The notes below the pieces were generated by a model. It worked only from the letters and a program-made list of their open reading frames with translations. It ran no database searches and was not told the DNA's origin. From NCBI GenBank assembly GCA_963768055.1, contig CAVYGN010000001.1:53590-117589 (forward strand): 64,000 nucleotides of DNA, read 5' to 3'. The stretch's first letter is position 1. Each line of letters opens with the position of its first letter. The position numbers and the translations under genes were made by a program. Source of the stretch: an uncultured Spirochaetota bacterium. Its GTDB lineage: Bacteria; Spirochaetota; Brevinematia; Brevinematales; JAOACQ01. This document shows positions 49,142-58,993 of the stretch, piece by piece.

Positions 49142-50482
49142 TCATCGCGGCGGGATGTAGTCCCTGTATTCTTCAATCCAGCCGTTTTGAAGCATTACCC
49201 TGACTTTTGTTCTTCCTGTTATATTTTCAGGTAAAGGGCTTGTCCATGATTTGCCCGGAGGCAATGAAAAATTAGTCGAATAAGAGCTGTCTGATCCGTC
49301 AATAAGGACTTTTCCGTTCGTTATTCCGTATTCCGTAGGATTATCCAGCTGCAAAGTCATATCGGGATGAACTATTTCGATATTTACCGGATCGATGATC
49401 CTAATTAAAACAATGCCGGGCCTTATATCGTTCGTACTGTTAAATTCGGATTGATAAAAAAGATATACATTGGTTTTGACTGTGAAAGCAGGGATTTTTA
49501 CCGGGATGACGACTGTTTCCTGATCCGCTGAAAATTTGATGTTTCCCGAGATTTTGGGATTTTTCTCCAGGTTAAAATGAATCATTCCGCCCTTTGACAT
49601 ATCTGTTTTATCCCGGCGTAAATCCAGCAAAAGCGTTTCACCGGGGTAAATATGAACTTCGTTATTTTCAGGCTTGAATGCCGGATTTGTGCAATTGAAC
49701 ATGCATTTATATAAAAACATGGTAATGTGTGTTACTGCGCTGTAAAAAAATTCGTCATTTTCCCCGAGGCCTCCTCCTTCCATGACTCCATGGCCCATGC
49801 CCTTCAAGGTAAGCAGTTCATTAAAGATACCCTTATCGGTTAGTAATCTTGAAAAATTGGCGCTGGTTTCATAAGGAACAAACTGATCTTTATCGCCATG
49901 GATCAGAATAGTCGGAGTATCGGTAAGCTTAAACGCCGGAAACGAAAATGACCCGTAAATACTTATTATCGCGAAAAGCCCGCTTTTATCCGGATAGTTG
50001 TGAGCGATTTCACCGCCGGCTGAAGCTCCTCCAAGGGCGATGAAATTTGAATTTATTCCATACCTTACGCTGTTTTCTCTTACCCAGGCTACGGCTTTTT
50101 CCGTATCGGCTATAGCGTTAGCATAAGCCTTCGCCCAATTCAATTCAGGATGATCCGCAAGGGTATAATTTATCGAAATAACGACATAACCCCGCCTTGC
50201 AAGAGCTTCGGCCAGGGTCTCTAGCTGTGTTTTATCGCCGGTGGAAAACCCTCCGCCATGCACAAGTATAATTGCAGGACGGCTTAATGCCTTATCTTTT
50301 GACGGCCTGTAAATATCCAAAGTAAGATTAGTATTCTGCGGGGAGTAAACCAGGTCATTTTCCGCATCGATTTTATCAAAAATCGGAATTAAGTAACGCA
50401 GGGTTTCATTGCCCTTATTCTGTGAAAATCCAACTGATGAAAATAGAACGGCAATTGTTAATATAAAAATGATTTTCCTCAT
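49142..50482 (-). CDS. exported alpha/beta hydrolase (esterase) with C-terminal extension
   Basis: VHGGGF, GGASAGG, IHGDKDQFVP, GHG. Confidence 0.88.
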   Translation of the reverse strand: MRKIIFILTIAVLFSSVGFSQNKGNETLRYLIPIFDKIDAENDLVYSPQNTNLTLDIYRPSKDKALSRPAIILVHGGGFSTGDKTQLETLAEALARRGYVVISINYTLADHPELNWAKAYANAIADTEKAVAWVRENSVRYGINSNFIALGGASAGGEIAHNYPDKSGLFAIISIYGSFSFPAFKLTDTPTILIHGDKDQFVPYETSANFSRLLTDKGIFNELLTLKGMGHGVMEGGGLGENDEFFYSAVTHITMFLYKCMFNCTNPAFKPENNEVHIYPGETLLLDLRRDKTDMSKGGMIHFNLEKNPKISGNIKFSADQETVVIPVKIPAFTVKTNVYLFYQSEFNSTNDIRPGIVLIRIIDPVNIEIVHPDMTLQLDNPTEYGITNGKVLIDGSDSSYSTNFSLPPGKSWTSPLPENITGRTKVRVMLQNGWIEEYRDYIPPR

Positions 50483-50520
50483 TTGTTGCTCCTCTTTTTA
50501 TTCAATTAACGGTTTAAGGC

Positions 50521-50679
50521 TTATATTCCGGAAATAAAGTGAAGGCTTGTCAGCCCCGCATTCGAATTATAACCAGCCGAAATCGTCGGTTTCGATCCTT
50601 TCATGCCGCCGCATGATACTAAAGTCATGCCAAAGGCGAAGCACACGTCGGCTGTTAAAGACTTGTGGACAATATTCAT
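50521..50679 (-). CDS. 52-aa lipoprotein-like ORF or remnant (not in ORF track)
   Basis: AGGAG RBS; MNIVHKSLTADVCFAFGMTLVSCGGMKGSKPTISAGYNSNAGLTSLHFISGI*. Confidence 0.35.
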   Translation of the reverse strand: MNIVHKSLTADVCFAFGMTLVSCGGMKGSKPTISAGYNSNAGLTSLHFISGI

Positions 50680-50731
50680 CAGTTTCTCCTGTTAAATATG
50701 TGGTAGATAATTTCTTTGAAGTGTTTACTTT

Positions 50732-53053
50732 TCAAATTTCTATATAATTAACATTTCTATATTTTTTATTGTTATTGAAAATTTCTTTAATTTCACCTTT
50801 CGATGAAAAATATAATATTTGCCACCCCTTATCTATAATTTTTTGAAGCATATTAATTTGTTTTTCCAATCTAATAGGATCAGATTTAATAAATGGATCA
50901 TCCAGAATAAAGAAACCTTTACTTCCTTTCAAAAGCTTTTCTCCAAGTGCAAGCCGGATGGAAAAATATAATTGGTCCCACGCTCCTCCTGATAATTTTT
51001 CAGCTTCTAAAACTTCTCCATTCTGTCGTCTGACTTTTATTTTATCATTTTCCTGGCTAAAAATAACTTCTTCATAGAAGTTACCTGTTATTTCAGCAAA
51101 AAACTTTGAGGCCGGGCTATTTTTTCCAAAAAGCACAGAAACCTTTTCTTTTTCTTCAGCTTCTATCTCTTCAAATATTTTAATACCTTCCAGTGCGTTT
51201 TCCCTGTTATTTTCAGTTTTATTTATAAATTCCTGCAATCTATTTAAAAGTTCTTCCAGTTCAATAGTTGTTGTACAATAAATACTTTCACTTTCTGCAT
51301 GTAAAACTTCATTTGCCTTTTTTCCAATTTCATTCATTTCATTTTGAATATCTTTTAATTTTTGATTTAATATATTCAAATTATTTTCAAATTCATTTTT
51401 TTGATTGTTTAATTTTAAAAATGATGTTTCATTAAAATTTATAGATTCTGCTTTATCTTCATATTCTTTTAATTTTTCTATTTCCTCAGTCCAGAAATTA
51501 ATATTTTCTTTTAAAATTTTGCTCTTTGAATCAAATAAACTATTTAAGATACTTTCTTGTTCTTTTATTGACCTCTCATATTGACTTTTTAAAATAAGTT
51601 TCTTTGTATATTCTTCCAATGATTCTTCTTCAGATTTACTTTTTATCAAATTGATTTTTTCAAGGATATTTTTTATTTTATTTTTTATCCCTGGAATTTT
51701 TACTTCTTTCAATTCTTTTATTTTATCTTTTTTGATTTCCAGTTTTCTCTTAAATTCTTGCAATTCATTTGATTTTTTATCATAGTTTTCATTAAACCTT
51801 TGCATTAATGAAAGTATTTCTTCTATATTATCAGAAGCCAGTTCAAATTTTGATAAATATAATCTTATTGCATTAAATGAGCTTGAAAACAAGGCTTTTT
51901 TCTTTATAAATTGATACTGTAATATAAAAAAAATACTAAAAACAATGATAGAAAATGAAGCGAGGAGATAAAAAAAATAGTATAAAAATGATGGTTTAAG
52001 AATAGCTCCAAACAAGGATATACAGAAAACAATTGCTGACATAATTAAAAATGGAGTAAAAAATTTACTTTTAATTTCTTGCTGAACTATTTCCCCTTTC
52101 TCCTTTTCAAGGTTTTTTAATTGGGGTTTTACTTCATTTTCCAGATCTTTTTTCCTTTCTTCGTAAATTTTAAAATCACTCACCAATCCAAGGGATTTTT
52201 CACTTATAATTTCATATTCTTTTTCTTCTTTTATTTGTTCTACAAGTAGATTTTCTTTTTCCTCTTCCAAAGTTTTAATATCCTTTTCATTATCCCTCCA
52301 AAATTCCCGGTCTTTCTCATTAATTTCCTCTAGGTTTTCAATTTCTTTTAAAGCTTTTTCCATTTTATTCAAAGCATCTTTTCCTTTTTCATATTTATCT
52401 CTTTTCCTTGCGGCATCAAAATTTTTAATATTTTCTTTAAGGATATCGATTTCTTCACTTTGTTTGGCAAAATTTTCTTCAATCGCATCAAACTGTTTTT
52501 CTTTAATTTCTTTTTTTAATTTTTCAATTTTATCAATAAGATTGACGGCCTGTTCAAACCTTGTTTTTAATTTATCATCTTTATCAGAATCAGTAAGATT
52601 ATTGTCCTTAGCAGTAATTTTTCCAAAATTTCTCAAGTTTTTAATTATCTTTGAAATTTCATTAGTTTTTAATCCTGTAAGTCGATCTGTAATATTAATA
52701 TAAAATTTATTCTCACACGAAATAGAAAGATTGCTATTTCTTATCACAAAAATATTGTTGTATTCTGCTGAAGTTAATTCAGTAATTTCAGTTAAATAAC
52801 CTTTTTCAGGAATTTTAATTTCTTTACTATTTTCATCTTCAATAATAACATACCCTTCCGGTTCTTCATCTACACGATTAATTTCATTAAATTCTTTATA
52901 AGGTTTTAATATCATTTTCACAAGCGCATCTATTGATAGAGTTTTTCCCTCCTCATTTTTCCCCCAAAAGAGGTTGAAATTTTTCAACCTAAATATTCCT
53001 CTATTAATTAACGGACCGTAGTGGGTAATAGAGAATTCTTTAATTTTCATCAA
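50732..53053 (-). CDS. SbcC/Rad50-like (YhaN-type) coiled-coil ATPase with central TM hairpin
   Basis: Walker A GKNEEGKT, signature LSGG, ILDDPF; long coiled coils; hydrophobic central segment. Confidence 0.85.
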   Translation of the reverse strand: MMKIKEFSITHYGPLINRGIFRLKNFNLFWGKNEEGKTLSIDALVKMILKPYKEFNEINRVDEEPEGYVIIEDENSKEIKIPEKGYLTEITELTSAEYNNIFVIRNSNLSISCENKFYINITDRLTGLKTNEISKIIKNLRNFGKITAKDNNLTDSDKDDKLKTRFEQAVNLIDKIEKLKKEIKEKQFDAIEENFAKQSEEIDILKENIKNFDAARKRDKYEKGKDALNKMEKALKEIENLEEINEKDREFWRDNEKDIKTLEEEKENLLVEQIKEEKEYEIISEKSLGLVSDFKIYEERKKDLENEVKPQLKNLEKEKGEIVQQEIKSKFFTPFLIMSAIVFCISLFGAILKPSFLYYFFYLLASFSIIVFSIFFILQYQFIKKKALFSSSFNAIRLYLSKFELASDNIEEILSLMQRFNENYDKKSNELQEFKRKLEIKKDKIKELKEVKIPGIKNKIKNILEKINLIKSKSEEESLEEYTKKLILKSQYERSIKEQESILNSLFDSKSKILKENINFWTEEIEKLKEYEDKAESINFNETSFLKLNNQKNEFENNLNILNQKLKDIQNEMNEIGKKANEVLHAESESIYCTTTIELEELLNRLQEFINKTENNRENALEGIKIFEEIEAEEKEKVSVLFGKNSPASKFFAEITGNFYEEVIFSQENDKIKVRRQNGEVLEAEKLSGGAWDQLYFSIRLALGEKLLKGSKGFFILDDPFIKSDPIRLEKQINMLQKIIDKGWQILYFSSKGEIKEIFNNNKKYRNVNYIEI

Positions 53054-54123
53054 GATATCTCCATCATTGACTTGATTGTCATATCTTGCAGTTCTTTTTT
53101 CTTTTTTGCATCAAAAGCGCTTTCATTTAATTTATTTATAAAAATTTTAAATAAATCATCTTCTAAAATTCTATTTATATCTTTAAATTCAAATTTTGTG
53201 TCTTTTTCATCATCAATTAAATTCTTATCCTTGATTACATCTTTTATTTTTTTTACAAGATCCTGTTCATTAATTTTCATCTTTAAACCATTAAAATAAC
53301 CACCAATTGACAGTATAAGAGAGGCTTCTGGATTAATATCCTTTAGATATTCACTTACAACTTCTATAGGGTTTTTATCATTAAAAGGATCAAATCTAAT
53401 AGTGACTTCTTCAAAATATGAAGTATCCAAAAGATATTCCTTTGGCTTTTTTCCTATTTCGAAGAGATTGACTTTCCTTTTCCCTGTTTCTCTTTTTGTT
53501 ATTGAAACTGGTGATCCGGGATAAACAAAATATCCTCCATTTTCTAATTGCCACATATCAAATTTAGAATGGAAATGGCCTCCAAGAACGTATTCAATAT
53601 TTAAATCTTTAAAATATGATAGTTTGACAGGCATATATTTTTCATCGCCTTCTTCTCCAAAATCTTTTCTGGAATAAAAAGAATCAAGTAATTCTCCATG
53701 ATAAAGCAATATATTTTTTTTATTGTTTGTCAAACTATTTTTTAGAGAATGTAGTTTTTGGATAATTTTGTCGGAAGTCAGCTTTTCAAATGGAAAACCC
53801 CAAATATTGATATCCTTGTATTCATATGGTTTATTTAGATCATTTAATACTATTATATCTTCCCCAAAATACATACCGCTTTTATAAGAATCACTATCAT
53901 GATTCCCCGGAATAACAACTATTTTATAGCCGTTATTTGAGAAAATTTGCCTTATTTTTGTTTTAAGGGTTTCTGCATTTATGTCTTTATCAAAAAGATC
54001 TCCACTAATAATAAGTATTTCAATTTTTTCCTTTTTTCCGACTTCGATAAGTTTTTCAAGAGCCTTCCATCTTTCGTCTTCAAATTCCCTTAAATGAATA
54101 TCAGCAGTATGAAGAATTTTCAT
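53050..54123 (-). CDS. SbcD/Mre11-like metallophosphoesterase nuclease
   Basis: HTADIH, SGDLFD, PGNHD, LYHG, GGHFH. Confidence 0.9.
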   Translation of the reverse strand: MKILHTADIHLREFEDERWKALEKLIEVGKKEKIEILIISGDLFDKDINAETLKTKIRQIFSNNGYKIVVIPGNHDSDSYKSGMYFGEDIIVLNDLNKPYEYKDINIWGFPFEKLTSDKIIQKLHSLKNSLTNNKKNILLYHGELLDSFYSRKDFGEEGDEKYMPVKLSYFKDLNIEYVLGGHFHSKFDMWQLENGGYFVYPGSPVSITKRETGKRKVNLFEIGKKPKEYLLDTSYFEEVTIRFDPFNDKNPIEVVSEYLKDINPEASLILSIGGYFNGLKMKINEQDLVKKIKDVIKDKNLIDDEKDTKFEFKDINRILEDDLFKIFINKLNESAFDAKKKKELQDMTIKSMMEIS

Positions 54124-54183
54124 TATTTGCCTCGATTATTTCTTTCATTTGTCCTCGAAATGATATCTATGATCCCTTACAGC

Positions 54184-54843
54184 TTAATCTGTGGAATCTG
54201 TGGTTTCGTTCTTCCGGTGGAAAACTCTGCCGAATACATATACCGCGCTGAAAGCCAGTAGAAGCCCGGCGGCCGCATCAGCGACATAATGCTGTTTGAT
54301 GAATAGGGTCGATAATACGATCAAGGCGGTCCATAATGCGGCAGGTATTCCGATCCTCTTTTCAAGTTTCCACCAGTGGATAGCCATTACGGTCGATATT
54401 GAAGTATGCAGGCTCGGGAAATCATTATACGGATTGTCGGTGGAATAAACACCCTTGATCAGCCCTGATAGAAAATCGTTTCCTTCAATAGACGGCCTGT
54501 CGACATAGGACTGAAAAAAATAATAAAATAAATAACTGATTATGAATATTGTTATCATCGATAACGCTGCTGAATGAAAATATTCAGTCCTGAAAAGCAG
54601 GAATAAAATAAGCGAGAAATAAACGTAGAGGTCTAAAGAGATATAAGGTATGACGAATATTTTGACTACCGGTATAATTTTGTCAAAAGGAGTCAGCAGG
54701 AATATTCGGGCCGGGCCATGATTGAGCGGTCCGTACACAAGGGAAACCAGGTAAACGGCCGCAGCCAGGATAACTGCCAGGAAAGTATTAAGCCAGCCGG
54801 TATATAAAACACCATTTTTTAACCGTGATAATAACCAATTCAA
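54184..54843 (-). CDS. PAP2-family membrane phosphatase/transferase
   Basis: DRP, NDFPSLH, STLFIKQHYVAD. Confidence 0.85.
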   Translation of the reverse strand: MNWLLSRLKNGVLYTGWLNTFLAVILAAAVYLVSLVYGPLNHGPARIFLLTPFDKIIPVVKIFVIPYISLDLYVYFSLILFLLFRTEYFHSAALSMITIFIISYLFYYFFQSYVDRPSIEGNDFLSGLIKGVYSTDNPYNDFPSLHTSISTVMAIHWWKLEKRIGIPAALWTALIVLSTLFIKQHYVADAAAGLLLAFSAVYVFGRVFHRKNETTDSTD

Positions 54844-54948
54844 AAGAACCCCCCTTCGGTGCTTCCTATCCGTAGAAGCGCCTTAAAAAGAATATAGAGG
54901 GCAAGGATAAATGTCAAAATCTAATAACGGCTGATCTTAAAATCACAG

Positions 54949-54990
54949 ATGTCATTTCGAGGTTAACAGCTGGGATGCTCGAAATGACAT
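54949..54990. repeat. 13-bp perfect inverted repeat (REP-like hairpin)
   Basis: ATGTCATTTCGAG-N16-CTCGAAATGACAT. Confidence 0.6.
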
Positions 54991-55061
54991 TGTTTTGGAA
55001 AAATTAGCGTAATCGTTTTATAATTATGAAAGAGGATCTTGAAACCGATTGGAGTGATATA

Positions 55062-55880
55062 ATGGAATTTACCGAAGATCAGCTTGAACGTTACAGCAGG
55101 AATATCCTTTTAGAGGATATCGGCACTGCCGGCCAGGAAAAGATCTTGAGAAGCAGTGTACTGGTTATCGGCGCGGGTGGGCTGGGGTCACCTGTCGCGC
55201 TTTACCTTGCCGCGGCAGGAGTAGGAACGATCGGGATAGCTGATTTCGACAGGGTGGAGCTGTCCAATCTCCAGAGACAGATCATCCATTTTACTGCGGA
55301 CATCGGCAAGCCCAAGGTCCAGTCCGCCCGGGAAAAAATGACTGCGATCAATCCGGATATCAAGGTAAATGCCATAGAAGAATTTCTAAGCGGCGTTAAT
55401 ATTGTTTCGATTATTCGGGGATACGACTTTGTGATAGACTGCACGGATAATTTTGCCACCAAGTTCTTGATCAATGACGCCTGCGTCATTGAGAAAAAAC
55501 CATTTTCTCATGGCGGCGTCCTGCGCTTCGAGGGTCAGACGATGACCGTCAAGCCCGGAGAAACGGCCTGCTACCGGTGCATTTTTACTGCGCCGCCTCT
55601 CGCCGGCACTGTTCCTTCATGCCGTCAGGCGGGTGTGCTTGGCGCTGTCGCAGGCATTCTCGGTACGATCCAGGCTTCCGAGGCTTTGAAATTTATTACC
55701 GGGGCCGGCGAAATGCTTTACAACCGGCTCCTTATTTTCGATGCGAAGAAAATGAATTTCAGGAAAGCGGTGTTCAATAAAAATCCGGAATGCCCGGTCT
55801 GCGGGGAGAATCCGTCGATTACCGAAATTAAAGAAAACTCTCAGTCGGCGATCGACCTGGTTTTCGAATTGAAGAAATAA
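55062..55880 (+). CDS. HesA/MoeB/ThiF family adenylyltransferase
   Basis: RYSRNILL, GAGGLG, SNLQRQ, CTDNF, CYRC..CPVC. Confidence 0.93.
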   Translation: MEFTEDQLERYSRNILLEDIGTAGQEKILRSSVLVIGAGGLGSPVALYLAAAGVGTIGIADFDRVELSNLQRQIIHFTADIGKPKVQSAREKMTAINPDIKVNAIEEFLSGVNIVSIIRGYDFVIDCTDNFATKFLINDACVIEKKPFSHGGVLRFEGQTMTVKPGETACYRCIFTAPPLAGTVPSCRQAGVLGAVAGILGTIQASEALKFITGAGEMLYNRLLIFDAKKMNFRKAVFNKNPECPVCGENPSITEIKENSQSAIDLVFELKK

Positions 55881-56255
55881 TTAAACCACAGATTTACACA
55901 GATTGATACGGATTAATTATTGTAAGGAATGAGAATTTCTCTGTGAAATCCATATAAAATTAGAGAATAAATTGTGATTTACCCCAAAGAGTCATAAGGT
56001 ATTATTTTACATGTAGAAACTGAGGCACGAGAGTATATAAGATGATGTTCATCAATTAAATTATACTATTAAATAAATCAAACCTTAATAAAAATGGTTT
56101 AAAGAAATGTTAAAAAAATAAAATTTATATTAAAATAAAACTCATTTATTCAGTGTGTCGAGGACCGGGTAGATTCCCCAGTGGCAGGGGCATGAGATTC
56201 CCCACCTTTTCCTGAAAAATACCGTTCTTGATTTTAGAGAGAAATCATAAAACTT

Positions 56256-57002
56256 TCAAATAGTTTTCCCTTCCTTCCGGAAAGATTTTCCATCTTTGGA
56301 TTTTACCAGGATTTTAATTGAGCCTGAAACAAGGCGGTCAAGCATAGCCCCTCCAATCACAGGATCAGGGAAGATTGCCAGCCAGTCCTCCGGAGGCCGG
56401 TTGCTTGTCAGAATAATGGACCTGTTTCCAAGCCTTTCATCGACAATCCGGTATAGGTATTCCGTTTCTTCATTGTCGAGTTTTTTAAATCCGAAATCGT
56501 CTATTATCAGGAGGTCTGTTTTAATACACTTTCTGAATAGAGTATTCTTAAACATAAGCTTTTCGCTTTTCAAGTCTTCAAGAAGAACCGCGGCTTTCTT
56601 GAAAAGAACTGTGTTTCCTCTTCTGCAGGCCTCATGGCCGACTGATTTTGCAATGCATGTTTTACCTATGCCGGGAGGCCCGGCGATGACAACAAACTGT
56701 CTCATATCCATGAAACGGCAGGACGCGATTTCACGAATAAGCCTTGAAGGGATAGCGCTCTCATTGAAATTAAAATCAAACCCCTCGAAAGTGTTTTCCT
56801 GGCCGAACTTCGCTTCTCTCAGCCTCTTTTTGAGCATGTTATTATCCCTCTGGCATAATTCATCCTGAACTAACAAAGAGAAAAATTCTCCATAGTCCAG
56901 GTTTGATTCTTGAGCCTCCCTGATCCGCATAGGAAGGTTGAATAGCATCCCAGGAAGCTTTAACCTCCTTAAGTTTGCCTCAAGCTGATTCTGATGTTCC
57001 AT
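56256..57002 (-). CDS. istB: IS21 helper ATPase IstB
   Basis: GPPGIGKT, LIIDDFG, ILTSNR, MLDRL. Confidence 0.95.
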   Translation of the reverse strand: MEHQNQLEANLRRLKLPGMLFNLPMRIREAQESNLDYGEFFSLLVQDELCQRDNNMLKKRLREAKFGQENTFEGFDFNFNESAIPSRLIREIASCRFMDMRQFVVIAGPPGIGKTCIAKSVGHEACRRGNTVLFKKAAVLLEDLKSEKLMFKNTLFRKCIKTDLLIIDDFGFKKLDNEETEYLYRIVDERLGNRSIILTSNRPPEDWLAIFPDPVIGGAMLDRLVSGSIKILVKSKDGKSFRKEGKTI

Positions 57003-57020
57003 ATTTCCTCCTCATTATCT

Positions 57021-58562
57021 CTATTGAAAGTAATAGCTGCCGTCCCTGGTCATTTCAGACCCTTCTTCTGAAATTTCAAACAGGGTGTCCTGTTTATCCT
57101 TTCCTTCATTTTCCATCCAGCTTTTGAATAGTTTGGGATCGGTTATTTTTGCCGATATTGCTCTTTCACAGACTTTATTAAAGTATTCTTCTTTCGAGAA
57201 TGTTTCCATTACACTTAAGAACCCCAGGGCCCTCCGGCAATTCAGATTAGCATGAACAGCAAGGATTTGAAAGATCAACTGGTATGCGGCTTCTCCGTAT
57301 TTCCTCGACTGGTCTAATAAATACTTGGGGTATCCCCCGGATAGCATCTCCCTTGTATTCTCCGGAAAATCAGTCTTTTCATATGCTGCATGTCCTCTTG
57401 GTACGACAAATTCCCGGATAAGTTTGTACTGGAAGAAGATCTTCACTAAATTGCCGGTTCTCCTGACAAAGACTTCCTCTCCACGATACCTGGGAGGCAG
57501 GGAATACCTCTTTTTCTCGAACTGGACAAATTGGTCCGGGTGTACCTTGGCCTTTTTCCATACGGGAGTCTTAAACCTTTCTTCAGGAAGCTTCTTAAGC
57601 AGGGGCTTCTCTATCGTTTCAAATACCTCTATTGGTTTCAAACCTGTTGTTCCATGGTTCCTCATCCCGTATTCATACCTGCACCATTCCAGAGCTTTGA
57701 TGTTTAATTCCTTTAACGAGGCTCCGGGATTAAGGGCTTTAAGTTTTCTGAAAAGCTCTCTGGCAACAGGGACCATTCTCTCTATCTTGGCTTTATCCTT
57801 TGGTTTCCTTACCCTGCAAGGATCAAGAAAAGTATTGTAATACTCCGCATAATCAGCATATGCCTGATTATATTTAGGATCGTAAAGGTCCGGTGATATG
57901 ATGCCGGTTTTCAGATTGTCCAGGGATATTCTTACAGGCACACCGCCGTAAAACTCCAGCATATCCACATTGCTTTCAACGAATGATTCCTGGTTTTGTG
58001 AATAGACATATTGAACAAATGGCAGCCTTGAACTCGACATTATTCCGATAAAAGACTGCACGATCTTGTTGTGCCCCAGGTATTCCATTGTGCCGGCCCT
58101 GCCGTAGTCAAGCTGGATCTCCTGACCAGGGTTAGTTTCAATCCGGATGGTTTCCTTTAATTCTTTAGCTGTAAGGCCGCTCTTTATCGAGAATCTCTTG
58201 AAACTTGTATAGCTTATGTCCAGATTATGCCTTATACAGACAACTTCAAAGGCTGTCTTGGGTTTCATTCCGTTTTTCGGGTCATTTATGAGCCCGTACA
58301 GCTCATCTTTATATCGTTCAAGTATGCTTGCCTTATTTTCATTTTTTGGAGGCCCTACAAAGGGGCGTTTCAGATGGAATTCTTCCCGGCTTATTGTTTC
58401 TCCCGCCTTTTCAAAGCCGTAATCGATAATTTTTTGAATCGCTAGTCGGACTGTTTTCCTATCCCTGTTTTCCTGTTCGGAAATTTCACTTATGCTTTGA
58501 TCGGCTTTCCATCGTCTGTAAATGTCATAGTAATCCTGTTCGTTCATAAATCTGTACCCCAT
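57021..58562 (-). CDS. istA: IS21 transposase IstA
   Basis: PGQEIQLDYG, SLDNLK, KPKDKAKIER, KVHPDQFV. Confidence 0.95.
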   Translation of the reverse strand: MGYRFMNEQDYYDIYRRWKADQSISEISEQENRDRKTVRLAIQKIIDYGFEKAGETISREEFHLKRPFVGPPKNENKASILERYKDELYGLINDPKNGMKPKTAFEVVCIRHNLDISYTSFKRFSIKSGLTAKELKETIRIETNPGQEIQLDYGRAGTMEYLGHNKIVQSFIGIMSSSRLPFVQYVYSQNQESFVESNVDMLEFYGGVPVRISLDNLKTGIISPDLYDPKYNQAYADYAEYYNTFLDPCRVRKPKDKAKIERMVPVARELFRKLKALNPGASLKELNIKALEWCRYEYGMRNHGTTGLKPIEVFETIEKPLLKKLPEERFKTPVWKKAKVHPDQFVQFEKKRYSLPPRYRGEEVFVRRTGNLVKIFFQYKLIREFVVPRGHAAYEKTDFPENTREMLSGGYPKYLLDQSRKYGEAAYQLIFQILAVHANLNCRRALGFLSVMETFSKEEYFNKVCERAISAKITDPKLFKSWMENEGKDKQDTLFEISEEGSEMTRDGSYYFQ

Positions 58563-58993
58563 CCATTCCCCTCCGGTTTTTTCCGGAGAGTATGTTTGAT
58601 TTTTTAGATTCTGAACAGGAAAAGGTGGGTGGGGAATCTCATGGCCCTGGATGCTAAAAAGTGGGGAATGTGGTGGCCCTGACCCTGGGGAATCTCATGG
58701 CCCTATTTTGCCTTTTTACTGGGGAATCTGGGTGGCCCCGGACAAGTGTCTACAATTCATAATTATGTTATGATTACACAGATATTTCCTTATATACCAA
58801 TACATTACAATTTTTAAACCCCGAAAAAAGATTTCTGGTTATAGCGTTATCTGAAATGACATCTGTGCAATCGGTGCAATCTGTGGTTCCAATCACAGGT
58901 AATCCTATAGGAAAATGGTTGTTAATTTACAAAACCTGGAAATCATTATATAATTTTCGTTATGAAAAATCTGAAATGGACAGGTTGTCGAAT

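Larger units (their letters stand above)
56156..58744 (-). mobile_element. IS21-family insertion sequence (2589 bp), apparently intact
   Basis: TGTC...GACA ends with shared AGATTCCCCAGT; subterminal GGGGAAT-N-GGCCC repeats; 4-bp TSD AGTG at 56152-56155 and 58745-58748. Confidence 0.93.
55884..58888. repeat. imperfect inverted-repeat pair (55884-55914 and 58861-58888) bracketing the IS21 site
   Basis: AACCACAGATTTACACAGATTGATACGGATT versus reverse complement AACCACAGATTGCACCGATTGCACAGAT. Confidence 0.55.

Noticed and set aside
58856-58993. N-terminal extension MTSVQSVQSV of uppP
   Set aside because: It is the translation of the flanking repeat, not UppP sequence
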